From Bilabrum cf. latius (Eukaryota): a stretch of 64,000 bases of DNA. The stretch is taken from NCBI GenBank assembly GCA_965178125.1, contig OZ237766.1:372001-436000 (forward strand), written 5' to 3'. The translations under genes and the position numbers were made by a program. Below are positions 1-13,835 of the stretch, piece after piece (position 1 is the first letter of the stretch; each line of letters opens with the position of its first letter). Under the pieces are notes generated by a model. The model made no database searches. It was not told the origin of the DNA and saw only the letters and a list, made by a program, of their open reading frames with translations.

Positions 1-2171
1 AGCATACCTGGCGAGCCAGATGAGCTCTTTGTCACGGCTATTGCACAGCCAAGCTCAGGGTAATCTACAGCTGGTTCGAAATGGGAAGGTATGCCGTTTT
101 GCTCAGCCCAGGTATTCAGAGCCGCATTGCGATCTGTGCTAATGCCACTAAGCTGAACCACTTGTGGAGGTGATGCCGCTGCACCGCTCGACCTTACCAC
201 CCAGACCCGTGGCTTAGCCTCCACCGACGACTTCATCCATTGAATCCACGGTACGTCCGGGATAAGGAGGCGATGGGTATCCAACACCATGCGCTCTCCA
301 CTTGGTAGCTGGTGTATCTCCACGTCAAACGGAAGGTGAAACTCAGTAGGCTTTGGCATCAGGTGTGGCTGGATCAACGACCCGGATCCAGCCTACAAGC
401 CATCCATTTTTGTTGGCTATGCATTATGCCGTATACCCCGTGAGCTAGGCTATGTCCGCAGGTCTACTTTGCCATTCTACACAACCTAAAAGGCTTGCCT
501 TGCCAGCTCCTACTGATTGCCTGTCAGTTTAGATGTTGCCTAGTTTTCAAAGTACTCCACGCTTGGGTTGCAAGCTGCTTTCACAGCCTCCAAAACTGAA
601 ACCTCCATGCTACCTCCCGGGAAATCAAGCACGGACGCTTGTGGATCCTCGCCGAATGTCCCTGAACCGTCATGGCAACCTTCATCGTGAGCATCTGTTG
701 CGGGGGGGTACGAATGACATACAAGTGCTTTACACATCAACAACCCCGGTGAAAGATAAAAATGCTTAGCCAGCGGCTTCACGACGTCTTCCAACTGTTC
801 ATCGTCCCAATGAATAGATTTCATACTATCCGCTGAGCCAACGCGCATTGTAGTGGAATTGACAGAAGCTTTGAACTCTTCTGTAAAACCGCCCTTTTGC
901 TCTGCCTCGTCATACTTTTTGCAGCCGCGAACATCAATGCGAGCAAATGCCTGCACGCGGATGGTGCAATAGCCACCACTTTTCAAGGCAACACGAATGT
1001 CAACGCACTCAAGCAGTGGTGTTGACACGTGTACGCTGTCCATAGCATGAACCCAACGACTTGCTGAAGCCTCCCGTTTTGCTGCTTTGGCTGCCATGCG
1101 GGAGCTACCATATATGCTCTCTTGGTCGAATGCAAATTTCAGGAAGAGCCCCAGGCGCTCATGCACAGCCTTGATGCCCCCAGCACTGCCACCAGCATTC
1201 ACGAAAATGATCCCTAACGCTTCTTGTATTCTCTTTCTGTCTAAATCAGTGAATCCAACAGGGCCAAGCGACGAGTTTTCATTGCTCCATTTCATTTGTA
1301 AAGGTGGAAGCCGCTTTGGATCAAGCGCAATGTGCACATCGTTACTGAAGCGGCTCCCAATTCCCCGGAGCAGCGATGTCCGCTCTGCAACCTAATACGG
1401 ATACAAAGCTACAATACGCTTGGCAGCTTCAAAGGCGGGCTGACGACCCCCACTTTCGACACTCTCTAAGCCAACGGTAGCCGCTCCACTTAAATAGTCG
1501 GAATCGCCACCATAGGGGGTCCTAGCCTGGTAGGCCGCTTCGGATGCATGGATATCCCCGCCACTGGAAGGATCGTCATTTCCAGCGCCAGATGCAGGGT
1601 GATCTTGACGCGATCTCCCTGCAGGTACAGTACCTGCTTCGGCTTGTGAGGTCTCCATATCGGGCGTCCCTGAACGTCCGCTGCAATGATGAGGTGACGT
1701 CGTGCAACTAATACCAGCATCAGTGGCCCCTGCCAGTGATGCTGGCTAGCTGCATTCAGATGACACGGCGGTGCTAGTCCTCGAAGCCCCGGTAGTGATT
1801 GAGGGCTCCACAACCCTAGCAGCTTGCTCCGACGTCGCATCGTCATCATTAACCGGTGCTGCCGTTGGTAGCCCCCCGGAGACTGCGCCAGACAACATGA
1901 CCTCAGTAGCTGGCAGCATCTCGCCGTGCGGTGGCAACACGTAAGCATTGCTGTTCTGCTAGCTAGGCGTGCAGGTCGATTCAACCGTGCTAGACTCAGC
2001 CTTGTGGGCCTCATGCAATTGTTCTTGGCCTATGACTGACATCGGCGTCCCGGTAGTACTTGGTGTTGCCATCGAAGCTGAATCGAAATCGACTGCAGCA
2101 GTACCCGGTGTTGGATCTGCAGAGTGGGCCGAATCGGCTCGTTGCATTGGGGATCGCACCATCGATGACAT
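1..2171 (-). CDS. Unknown protein (over 720 aa), runs off the left edge; possibly element-encoded
   Basis: ORF-track pieces 1959-2171, 1746-1940, 1392-1658 and 540-1337 share one frame and are separated only by TAG. The frame stays free of TAA/TGA to position 1 (10 TAGs in total). No recognisable domain; the start is uncertain. Confidence 0.65.
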
Positions 2172-2329
2172 TGCGGCTGCTCGGCTCGCTACTGATGAAC
2201 TTTTCCGGGATGCTGCATATAATTGAGACGATGCTGGTGAAATGGTGAAGCTTGTATTCTCGACATCACGTCGTGGTGTTGGCCAACGCCATTTGAAGTT
2301 CTAAAAGATGCAACCAGACCTTTCTCACC

Positions 2330-5200
2330 TTGCTATTCGATGCTCGCTTGGCATTTAGCCTCGTTTGGGTCTGCCTGGCTCCCCGGCCCAGCTTGAGCTG
2401 TCAGTAGTGCAGCATGTCCACCACTGCTTGCCGATTGCAAGGTGTCGGCTGCTTGAATTCTGCCTCCTTCACCCGGTGGCTGCTACTCTGCGAGCATGAC
2501 AAGCAACATGTATACTAAAACTGCTTTGCTAATTTCAATTGGATCGCTCGCCGGTGGGTATCGGGACAAGCACGAAAAAGTACAGAAAAAGAAATGCAGT
2601 CTAGTAGTACTATGCCTACGACCTTCAACTGAAGCCATTGCTCACATTCCCTGTCCACCTTTTTTGAGTCCATGAGTGTTGAAGTGTGCTTTATATACTC
2701 AAAAGCAACAAGATAGTCGGGGTAAAGTCGTCTCTAGAGAAATCCTTGGATGCTTGCAAGCGAGGCAGTATTTCACCTATCAAACCACGCCAATGTATCC
2801 GCAGTCGCGGACTTGTATGCTTTTGATTGCGTATTATCAATTGCGTCCTTATATATAGCCGCTACTCTGCTTAATTAGGCTGATTTTGTGGCAGGAAAAT
2901 ATGTGTGGCTTGATCTTTCGATCGGAGTAGCACACTTGTGGTTGAGGCACTCATTTTGCCATCTAGATTTCTGCTGGATATCACCGCACAGCAATAAAGT
3001 CTGCATGCTGTACAAAGAGTAGCTATGTATATCACTGCGAAGCAGGCCCACTAGCAGGCATAGGGGTTACCTATCGCCATTTACGATTCAACTTAAAAGG
3101 TGCCCCAGTGGGACGATGCTAGCTTCGAAAGTGCAAAGAGGTCGTACAATCCCGAGAGAAATCGAGGTGGAAAGGTTGAACAGATCAGCAAGCCTACACG
3201 ACAGGTTTCGCAAGCTGCACTACCACTCTGCTGTGCTATTGCGCTGCTTGCAGTCCATCAACGTCCGCGATATCTTCGTGTTTGACTTCATTCGGATCAG
3301 CCTCACCCTAAATTAGTACGTAGAGCTACTACTACAGCTGAACTAGGCACCATTATCAATTTGGTGCTTCACTAGCAGCGTAGCTCCCGCCGCCAACACC
3401 TACTACTAGCACTCCACCTAACCGCAAGCTCCTGCCGTGACCATTCCCTGTGCACCGCGTGCGCCCATCTCTTTCAGCAGCTCATACACCATAGTCTAAA
3501 GGCTGATTGTGATAGCTGCAGTCTGCATGGCGAGCAACATGGCGATATCCCGAGCCCAGGACCTGACTTGGGCATCCATTGACTTGCTCCCTTTCCCGAG
3601 CCGCTTTCGCTTAATGTGTGCAAGTAGCGTGCGGGCACTCATGGCTTCATCTCCAATGGTGTCTGACGGCTGTATCACGGAATTCCCAAAGATCAACGGG
3701 TTCCCTGCTTGCGCCTGTGAGGATTCGACCAGCCAGCCACCGGTGCGCAGGCAGCTCTAGGTGAACCTCTTTGTGCTATTGGAATGCCACCCTGAGCCTG
3801 TGAGGATTCGACCAGCCAGCCACCGGTGCGCAGGCAGCTCTAGGTGAACCTCTTTGTGCTATTGGAATGCCACCCTGAGCCTGTGAGGATTCGACCAGCC
3901 AGCCACCGGTGCGCAGGCAGCTCTAGGTGAACCTCTTTGTGCTATTGGAATGCCACCCTGAGCCAGGACACGTCATCATGGTAGTCCCAGTCAGCGGGTT
4001 TCACAGGTCCAGTGCCCCCCTCCCACCCCCCCGCCCCCCCCCCCCCCCTCACGAGCTCTCGTCTTGTACCTGTGGGGTACGGGTCGGTGCAGAGGTTTCG
4101 GAGGTGAAATGCAGCATGCCAGTCTGCTTATATAGATGCTAGTACATCGGTTAGTGCGGCAAGAGATGGCAGGCCACTAAAACTAGGTAAGCGGCTGTGG
4201 CTGGGCGAGCTGGTAGGTGGGCGGCGACATGTCCAGATGATCATCCAATGATGACGAGGTGAAGGATGATCCCTCGGGGGCGGCAAGGCTGGGCGTGCAT
4301 GGCGAGCGCACGAAGCCACGGGAGGATATGCCAGAAGGGAAGAAATGGCCTCTTGAATGGAAGCCGCGAGCCGAACCTTCATCCATTCGTCGGTTTAGCG
4401 CAAGACACTTCCGGTTTTCATGTTGCAGCTTGGGTTGAACCAATGGGTTCTAGACAGAATAACGGAATCAGGATGATACCAGCCATGATAACTCAAGAAG
4501 CATAAGGTTATCATATGGACGAACTGTGTGGCGCCTTTCGTCGCTTGTCGATGCGGCCCACCGATGATTCGCTTCAAAGCAAGGCATGGTAGCTTGCTGA
4601 GGAGTTTGGCCGTGATGGTTCAGGAGCATCGAATGCATCATCAAATACCATACATCACAAAGCAAAGAGACTTCATGACATAGTTGTCGTGTTGCTAGAT
4701 GACACCCCAAGACTTTCTGACAGAAAGGTCGAGGTGATACTGAACTGCTTGAAAATTGCGATGCGAAGCCCAGCGAACCGTATCGTAGTAGACCCAGAGG
4801 CAATTGAATCTCTGGTTCGGTAGTCACAGGCTAGTGGGGGCTCCATGGTGGTGGAGAATGGCGGAACAGGTGCAGCAGGCAGTGCGTTGGTCGGTGCAAC
4901 AGCAGCCATGCTCAAAGCGGTCGGTATGGTGCTACTGGACCGGAGGCGTGATGTGCTGGTCAAGGCGACTGCCTGCAACGTTATGTAAGTACTAGTACTA
5001 AATTTGGCTGACGTCTTGTAATTTGGTGTTTACGCGGGTTTGGGGGGCGATTATTTGAGCGGTGTGCCCGAGCCGAGGTCGCAAGGCGTGCCAGTGGTCG
5101 CAACATGTGACCAGAAGACAATGCAGTCTTTTGGCCAGGCTCTAATTTTGCCAATCCTAGCAAGTTGACTTCCGCCCATCCCAGTTGATTATTTCTGTGC
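2330..5200. other. Non-genic or decayed, possibly element-derived interval
   Basis: No long frame survives even with TAG read through. Minus-strand ORF remnants are broken by TGA. Contains an 83-bp tandem triplication and a C-rich tract at about 4015-4050. Confidence 0.3.
3713..3961. repeat. Tandem repeat, 3 x 83 bp
   Basis: The unit GCCTGTGAGGATTCGACC...GGAATGCCACCCTGA starts at 3713, 3796 and 3879, with no spacers. Confidence 0.95.
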
Positions 5201-5210
5201 TTTTCACCCA

Positions 5211-5279
5211 CCCACCCGAACCCATCCCATGCCCCCACCCGAACCCATCCCATGCCCCCACCCGAACCCATCCCATGCC
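5211..5279. repeat. Minisatellite, 3 x 23 bp (CCCACCCGAACCCATCCCATGCC)
   Basis: Read directly from the sequence. Lies just upstream of a possible CAG splice acceptor at 5288-5290. Confidence 0.9.
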
Positions 5280-5290
5280 CCCACACGCAG

Positions 5291-6881
5291 ATTGAACCTG
5301 TGCTTCCATCCCCCATCTGTTGAGCCAGTTGCCCGAGCCGGGATTCCAGTGATCATCGTGGAATTGTTGACCAAGGAACTCTCGAGGAACGTTCTATCGT
5401 ACCCCAAATAGACCTAGAGAGGCGGCCCTGGTGCATCACCCGGCGAGGGATGCCCCACATATGTTCCGCAGAAGATCGGATCAGGTGGCGCCGCGCTGGT
5501 CGCAAGTGCATGCGCTGCCCTGCAGAGCATCTGCTTTGCCAACGCCGGGCGGGTGTGTCTTCGCGGAACTGGCGCCGCGCAATCCCTGGCTCTGACCATT
5601 CTGTGGTGCCTGCGGGGCGACTGGAAACTGGCCGCCGGGGATGGTGAAACCGGAACTAGCGCACCATCACCACCAGTGGCGTCGGGCAAGGGCGCCGGGA
5701 GGAAGCTGGTGGCTGGGCACCCCCATGGGAGGAGGAGTGGTCCTTCGTTGGAAAGATCGACATCGGCCGGTTTTCTCGGAGCAGCAGGGACCCCGGCTCT
5801 GGCGGGGGGCAGCACTTAGACCACCAGCACCAAAATGCGCGGCGCCTCTGGTTCCGCAAAGGATTACGCAGACCCGACTGCGAGTGCAATGGGGAGCGAA
5901 TAGGCGCCGATTGAGCCTCAAAGCGATGTCAATCCGCCGGTGGACTGGGAGGCTGTGAAGCAAGATCCAAGCAGATATCGCACGTTAGCCCGGGCAGCAG
6001 GTGCTTTGCACAACCTCACAGGCGATCTTTAGGTGGCAAAATAGGCTTGCTCCGACAGCATTCTACCTGGTAAATCTCTAAGAACCGACATCAAGTCGAC
6101 CGTGGTGGCAGCGGCAGCGGCAGCGGCGGCATAGGGCGAAAGGGTGGTTCCACCTGCACCTTTATCATCGGCCTCGCCGGGTGCAGGCAGATCTAGGGCG
6201 GGCGATGGTGACCCGGCGGGCGATGGTGACCCGGCGGGCCACCAGCACTACGCTACAGCTCTGCTTCCGGTTTTGATTGAGCTGCTGCACGCTCCGTCGG
6301 CCGAGCTGGCCGGTGCTGGTGCCGGGATTGCTTAGAACCTTGCTAGGTGTGACGAGGGCAGGGCGCTGGTAGCTGGGAGTGACCAGGTGCTGATGGGGCT
6401 GAGTCAGCTGCTGATGGCTGGAGGTGGGGATGGGGCAGGAGCTGATGGTGCAGCGCACGGTGGTGCAGGTGATGGGTCGGAATCCATTGGATGCGCAAAG
6501 GCGGCCGCAGCGGCGCTGTACAACGTGATGGCACCGAGCATGCCAGCGGAGGGTGCATCGCATGATGGATCAGATGCAGTTGATATCAAGCGTGCTGCGG
6601 GGGCTGTGGGCGAACCTGCGGCAGCTGGTGGCAGACCCAGCGCGAGGTGCTCCACCACTTCCCCTTTCGCAGATTCGACGGAAGACAAGGAGTAGGCCAG
6701 AAGTGATGATTAGGGAACAACGAGCTCTAGGAGACAGCTCCGATCGTTTCTGGGCTCATGTCTTGCGTTGGGAGTCGTAGCCGGTGCCCATGTCTCCACT
6801 GGTGTGAGGAGTGGGGAGGCTGGGGCGGCGCTTCGGGCACCTGTGTGCGGCGCCGACACTAGCGACGGGGAGAGGGGGTGA
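5291..6881 (+). CDS. Armadillo-repeat protein (5' end unresolved)
   Basis: One frame with 10 TAGs, ending at TGA 6879-6881. ARM helix-3 motifs: ACAALQSIC, AAGALHNLT, GAGIA*NLA, AAAALYNVM. Confidence 0.75.
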
Positions 6882-6976
6882 TGAGCAAGGTGAAAGTGCG
6901 ATTTTGCTTCGGGCAACTGCAGGTACGTTCCTTTTGGTAAGTGTTTGTTCATTCTGTGCATTGCTTCTACATGCGA

Positions 6977-7930
6977 TCAATCGAACAAGCTGTACGCTGC
7001 TGCTGCCAGCCCCCACAGCCCAATATCCATGGCCTCCGCGCTCGGCTGGTCCTAGTCAACCGCATTCCGAGTCCAGAGCCCAGCCCACCTGCTGCCTTTC
7101 CCTTTATTCGTCCCGACTCTGGCCTTGGCACTGGCCCGGGCCTGGGTCTGTGCATTGCGCCTACCGAGTGAGCTGAAGTGGTCGCACCGAAATCCAGCGG
7201 CTTCCAGGTGCCTCTTGACCGCAGCCACATCAGCTGGGAATGGAGGCTAGGTGCAGCTCTTCAGGAGCTGGGTGGATTGTTCGGCAACGGACAGGCCTGT
7301 TCTATCGGTGGGTGGTCGCAGGACTACGGCGGGGTCGATGGTGGCAAGCAATTTCCCAATGCTCGGCTTCACCAATCGCGCCATCGCGTTGGCCCAATCT
7401 TCTCGGCGTGCTGGATCAACGGAGTTGAACAACGCATTATCTATTACTAGGTCGTACTGCTGCTGCATATCTGGATGCAAATCCCCCATAACATCCCCGT
7501 GCAAAAAGGATACCTTTGCGGCTGTGCACGCCTGAGCAAAACTCAAATCGCTATTCAAGCGATTCTTCGCGTCCGCTATGGCAACCTTGGATATATCAAT
7601 GCAATGGACATGACCAGTAAATGCATCAGAGCCGTTCCCCTGGGCTAATCTCTCAAGAACCGGCTAAAGTGCTGCACCATTGCCGCAACCATTGACGAGA
7701 ATACCTGAAGCTGAGGACGCCAAGTCCATCCAATCCGTATAGATATCATATTGATACCAATTGGGCGATTTTAACAAAGGTTCCGCCACGCGATCTTTCC
7801 AAATACTGTCCCAGTATAAGCCATCGAGCTCAACTGCAATTGCAGTCGTCGCTTTGCCAAGCCGCCTCCGGCTCGAGATTGACCCCTACAGACGCTTCGA
7901 GCACACATATGCATCATCGCTACCTTCTGT
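6977..7930 (-). CDS. Class I SAM-dependent methyltransferase (TPMT/methyltransferase-like); start uncertain
   Basis: Motifs YWDSIW, ILVNGCGNG (motif I), HVHCIDISKVAIADA, FLHGDV, YDLVIDNALF and PPF in one frame through 4 TAGs. TGA stop at 6977-6979. Confidence 0.8.
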
Positions 7931-8055
7931 GCATAATTATCTGATCAACCCTTACAGGTAGCACACACACATACCTTCGAATGTTGGCGGATTCGGAGCT
8001 GTGCCGAAAAAAATACATCAAGATTAGATCATGGGTGCACAGTTCAGCTTAAGGC

Positions 8056-9382
8056 ATGGCAGCAGTCGCCGGTAGCTCCGAAGCAAGCAGCGATCCAACT
8101 TCACAATCATACGTCCCGCGAACGAAGGGTGGTCCGGGCTGGCGGCCGACTGCAAAGGACCTTGAAGCATTCAACGAAGCTGGATTTCTCATCGTCGAGG
8201 GCCTGCTCACCGACGATGAAACAGCTCGACTTACCCGCGATTGCGAACGTAAAGATGGTATTCGCCAGTATGCGTTCGAAAAGAACGACGGAGCCGAGCT
8301 TAAATCCAAGATGGCCCTCTGGAACATTCCAGGTACGGACCTCACGGGCCACTGCGGCAGCTGCGTGCGCGTTGCTGAGCCCATGGATGCGTTCCTCGGC
8401 GGAAAAGTATACATGTACCACACGAAGCTTATCATGAAAGAGGCGAAAACGGGTGGCCAGTTCGCTCCCCACCAAGATCGAGGCTACTGTGAGGTGCTGT
8501 GACGCGCAGTGCAACTGCAGCTGCCAAGCCACTGCTCCCTGGCATTTGCCCAAGAATCGCGTTACCAACATGTATATTTGCATTCAGTTAGGGTTACGCC
8601 TGCTGTGTTATGCGCATAGGATCGCTGGGTCGCGCGCTCGTTCGCCCGATTCCGTGTGCAGATCTTCTGGCCCACCCGATTCCGGTAGCAACTGTGCTCG
8701 CTCTCCCCCCCCCCCCTCCCCATTGGTATCACGCTCGCTCTTGATTGACTTTTCCAGCGCAGGGATGAATAACGGCATGCTTCGGCCACACGCAGCAACC
8801 GTCATGATCGCATTGGACAAGGCAGACGCAGGCAACGGCTGCCTGCAGGTCTGGCCCAAGTCCCACAAGTGCGGGGTGCTGCCCCACGGCCTGGTCGGGG
8901 AACAAACTGGAGCGAGCAAGGAGCACGTGGAAGCACTCGCTCGAGACTATGCGAGAGTTGACGTGCTTCTGAACCCAGGCGACGCTTGTTTCTTTCACTG
9001 TGACCTCATGCACGTCAGCTAGCAGAACACGAGCGACAGGAGAAGGTGGTGCTTTCTGGTGTCTTTCAACCGGATGGACAACTCACCCGTGTGGACGCAC
9101 CACCACCCCATGGCATACGAAATGCCGAGGACGGAGGATGACGCCTTCTCAAAAGTGCCCGAGGGGCTGCCCGTTGACCCCGCCGTGAAAGACTTCATGG
9201 TCCCTGTGACGAGCATCAAGGATGGTAAGAGCGTGGCGGTGGCAGAGCAGTGGAAGGCAAGGGGCTCCACCAGCAGCGGGTAGATGATGGGGACCACGGC
9301 GGCGGCGGCTCGGGGGGCACTGGAGGGGAAGGCTGCGGGTGGTGTGATGAGTGCAAGCGAAGAGGAGAGCAAAGTGGGGTGA
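8056..9382 (+). CDS. Phytanoyl-CoA dioxygenase (PhyH) family Fe(II)/2OG dioxygenase, one intron at 8489-8762
   Basis: Splicing GT(8489)..AG(8762) restores HQDRGYW-MNNG..IALD..NGCLQV. The second His is in LMHVS*QNTS..R. TAGs at 9020 and 9281; TGA at 9380. Confidence 0.9.
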
Positions 9383-9552
9383 GGCGATGAAGTCCGACTG
9401 GACGTGGATGGACTTCTTTTGGATGCCGCGATGCTATGCATGTCTACAAAGAAGCAGAGCGAACAACACAATCACCTTACTTCAACTCGAATTGATCGTT
9501 ATCGAGCGACTTGAGCGGCATGAGCCTATAGCGAGTTGAAGGATCGGATCAG

Positions 9553-12500
9553 ATGAAGTTCGGCCCGGGAGCCAATAAGTCTCCAGCCGTTGTTGGAGCA
9601 TTTGTTGGTATGCAGGCAAGCACTAGTATGGAGGAGGACAATTCTGGCCAAATTTACAAGTTTAATGAGCATGATCCGCTCGGCAGGATCGAAGAGGCCA
9701 TGGAAGAAGTGTACAGCGAAAAGCAGCCAATGTACGGCGTCGGGCCGTCTTGTTTTGCCCGCATCCGCAACAATGACGAGGTGGAGGAGGGAGACGGCGA
9801 CATTATTTTGGACATATTTGGACATGCCGATAATGTTGCCTCAAGGACGATCGGACTTCTGTTCATTTATTTCAGGGATGTCTGCCACGGCGTATCCTTC
9901 CAGTGTACGTTCGTACGAGGCGCAGTCCTCCATCTGAAGGATCCACTGGTGCACATGACAAACTTGAAGTCTATATGGGTACCTGCGGTATCTCTCCAGG
10001 AACTTTCGCTCCTGCTGGCGTCCTCCTTCGCGCAAAGCAAGTGCCTACGAGAGCTCTTCGTGCCTTTGCGCATGAAGTCCTCATCAGATCCCGGCTCCAA
10101 GCCCGAGAGCGACAGACGCCTCTCGCGAAGCATTTAGCTGGCGCTAACAAGGTGCCTTACGTTGCAGAGCGTCGGCTTCGTGGACGTGTCCTACGACATG
10201 GCACCCGTGATGCTTCGCGGCCTCGGCGCCGCGCTAGCCTCCGCCCGCAAAGCTCGCGAGTCCACCGTCACGGCGGGCACTGTGCCCCGCATCAACAAGA
10301 TTCAAATATCATAGAGCTTTCCCAGGCTTTCGGCCCCGCTGCTTCTAAGGCTGCTATGCCGCGAGGCGGAGCCGGAGAGGGTACACGAGCTGATTGTTGA
10401 CGGCGACTGCAGCCACTCGGGAGCCAGGTTATTTGCCGCCGGAATCATGGCAACCCTGAGGCCGACTGTGCTAGTCATGCGCCTCCGTGGCAAGCTGTCC
10501 GCCGCTGCTTGGCCGATCATCGAGACCGGCAGCCCTGCCGCCCGAGGCCTAGATGCTGCGAGGCTGGACCGGTTGCGGGACCCCGCGTCGGGAAGGGTGG
10601 ATCCGCTTGCCCTCGCAATCGCAACGAGGACGGACGGCCTGGAGGAGATAGAGCTGGACTCCGATGATCCTCACCTGGCACTGATGCTCGGGGCGCTGGA
10701 GGGCAAACGGCACCCGCTCATTGTCAGGATCAGGGGCACCACAAGCATGCTGGGGCCGGGCATTGCGCGACCAATGGCCCGTTTGCTGGAGCCTTCCAAC
10801 GGCGTGACCTCACTCATCATCCGCAGCCCGTGCTGCCCCGCCGTGGGACTGGCGATCGGAAGGGCATTGGCTGCCGGCGCCCCGCTGCAGACGCTTGAAG
10901 TGGCCGTGGTAGACGCCAGCCAGGTCGGCCCTGGCTCGGCCGAGAGGTGGTCAAGGGAGACAGTGCCGCATATCACCTCCAATCGTCTCGCAGCTGCTAA
11001 GCAGCAAGAGCTGCACGCGGCCAACAAAGCTATTGCGGAGGGGGCGGGTCTGCACGACCACCTCGAGGTGCTGCGGATGTACCCCCAGGACCTATCATGC
11101 GTCGAGGCTCTGGCCGGCAGCATCACAAGGACTGCCAGCTTGCAAGAGGTGGACATCCCTCCCCACGGGCTCTAGGCTAAAGACCTCCCCAGGATGTTAG
11201 AGCTTCTGGCAGGTGCCCTGAGCCGCAACTGGAGCGTAAAGAAGATCTTTGGGCTGGACCTGCTAGCGGCTGAGGACGATTCGACCGTGTTCGAAGGCGT
11301 GGTTCACCTGGCCAAGGCGGTTGCAGATCATCCGCGGATGCTGTCTGCCAGTTTTGTTCTTCCTCGGTCCAAGTCGCGCAAGGACAGAGCGAGGATCGAC
11401 GAGGCCCTGGACTGCCTTCTGTCGGGGCCAACCATAGCCTACTACCTCAGCCCAATGGCCCGGTTCACCGTACCCGACTGCAAGCGTGGCACATCAATAC
11501 GATCCACGTATTTAAGAATGCTCGAATCCGGGGGAGCAGACCATTCAAGGGACCAGTACTGCATCTGCATGGCACAGATGCAGCCGGGCGGCGCGGTCAA
11601 GAAGATGGTGGAGCCCTACATGGACCGTATGCAGGACAAGGGGCTTCCCACCGACAAGAACACTAGGGCGGCTGGTGGAGAACCTTCACGTGAGAAGCCG
11701 AAAGGGGCTGGTAGATCGAAGCGTGGTAAGAGACGGCGGGCGAGAGGCTCCAGAAGGATCCCTGCAGCAGTGGCGTTGGACCTTTCTGCTCCTGCTTCTG
11801 CTGGCTCTTCTTCGGCTGCTACTGCTACTGCTGCTGCGGCTGTGCGGGGGACGGGGCCGAGCAGCTTCAGTCCGATCGCGAGTGGGGACTGTGGTGATGG
11901 TGTTAGTGCTGCAGCTGAACATTTAGAGGCCGTGGCGGGTTGCTCCGTAGAAGCGGGTACAACGGCTGCTGCTGGTGGTGCTGGTGCAGGTCTCACTTCC
12001 GTCGATCCTGAAGCAGCTGGTGGCGCATCAACGATGAAGGACGCAAGCAAACCTGTAGTAGAAGGGGAAGTACCGGTTGCTGTCGCAGACGCGTTTTGCA
12101 TCCCGGGCGCATCGACGGAAGAGGTTGCAAAAATGCAGGAGCATATGGACTAGAGGAAGCACACAACTGACACGTACGAGGGGTGCCTCTTTGCAATGAT
12201 GCAAAGAAGTCTATCAGCGTGGATGCAGGGCGGCACGAGGCCCGAGCTCAAAACCGGCATCCGAATGATAGCCATGCTGCAGCTGATCTACTTGCGGGAG
12301 TCGGTCAGCGATGAATTTGCAATGTGGAAGCCTCTGCTTAGGGCACAGTCTATGCATGTGCGCGCGCTTGTAGCTAGGTACTGCCTCTAGTGCATTTCAC
12401 CCGCAGCAGAGGGCGGTTGCCTACCAGAGGGGATGTTGGATGACGTCGGGGTGGAGAGCGGCCTGTGTGCGCTGGTGGAGCAGATCATGGAGCTGTAGCC

Positions 12501-12801
12501 ATGCCCTAGGAAGGTGATATGGGACCCGGTCCGTGGGTTGGGGGTTGACCGGTGGGACGATAAGCCGCCGGTAGAGTTCTTCTAGGATTGCGAGCACGAG
12601 ACGGACCGGCACATTATGCGCATGTTGGCAGAGCACGGCTTGATGGATCGGCTGAGATGGCTGGCCGTGGAGGCAATAGAGGCGGGTGCGTGGCCCAGAT
12701 TCGTCAGGCGGTGGAAAGGGCTGCAAATGGCCGAGGGCTTCCTCAGGAGGGTGCAACTCATCAAATTCAGGATTGGGGCCAGGGCTCCCGCCACTGGATG
12801 A
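9553..12801 (+). CDS. RNI-like leucine-rich-repeat-type protein, about 1080 aa
   Basis: Five ORF-track fragments share one frame, joined through 7 TAGs; TGA at 12799. LxxLxL-type segments (LEVLRM, SLQEVDI, LSRNWSVKKI). Confidence 0.7.
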
Positions 12802-12965
12802 CGAGCGCCGCGTGATCCGGATGGATTCAAAAGTTGGATGGATGCCGGAGCCAGCATGGAAGCCAACAATACGCACTGCTTCTGGATGGAGCGCTGTGCC
12901 TTTTTAGTGCTTCACCGCAGCTCAGGTTTGGTGATGTCGCTCAATTTACCCTCGGGTCGTATGCT

Positions 12966-13835
12966 TTACATGAATAGGGGCAGAAGATACACCCATGTCG
13001 CCCGTCCGCTCCAGCCGCTTGCTCGGTCAGCTTGGTCACGATCACTCTCAAGAGCTCCAGCCGCCTGCACGGTCAGCTTGGTCCAACATGAGTCACCATC
13101 ATTCTTAAGAGGTCGCACGACGGTGGAATCGCCCAGCGTAAAGGTGGCCCCTGCGATTCATGCCTGGCGACTCTGCATGATGTCCGGGGTCGAGAGGGCA
13201 TACTTGACTGAACTCGCTGCTGACATGCAGCCCCGTGGACAACCATGCCGCCACGACAGCGTTCACCGCAGTGCGCTCCGCAGCTGTGCCGCATGCCACG
13301 ATGAATACATCCTTGAAACCTCCTCATGCATGTGCTCTGCAGCGGAAACCGTTCGTCACGGTGCATCTAGCCGCCTGGCAGTACGTGTGAGAATGACTGC
13401 ACCATTCGAGTGTTGCAAACAAGCATTTCTGTCATTGGTGATCCGATGTATTGGGCTCGCCGCCGATCGGAAGTTCCGGAACGTTGTCGCCGATGCCCCC
13501 GAAAAACTCCGATCTTCAATTTCCCCGGTTAGCGCCGCGTCCCATTAGCAACGATTCAACGGAAAGGAAATTCAGCACATCATGGAAAGACGAGATCAAG
13601 ACTTTATCACCAGAGAAATGTATGGATACGTCCAGTAGAGGCAGAGCACCGCCGCGCATGCGGGAGCTTCAGCGGGCAGCACTCCGGCTGATCGCAGCCA
13701 CTCATCGCCCTCAGAGGTGACCGGGGACGAAATTGCTGCTCGAGAAATTCGAACGGTCAGAATTTTATCATCGTCTGTAGCGGAGTCCTCCTCAGTACGC
13801 TCGGTCAGCCCACTGAGCATTAGAAGTCGGTCCAC
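12966..13835 (-). pseudogene. Possible decayed coding sequence of unknown identity
   Basis: Protein-like minus-strand frames are interrupted by several TGA codons and frame changes. No family recognised. Confidence 0.25.

Noticed and set aside
3713-3961. CRISPR array
   Set aside because: The 83-bp units are contiguous and identical with no spacers, there are no cas genes, and the context is eukaryotic.
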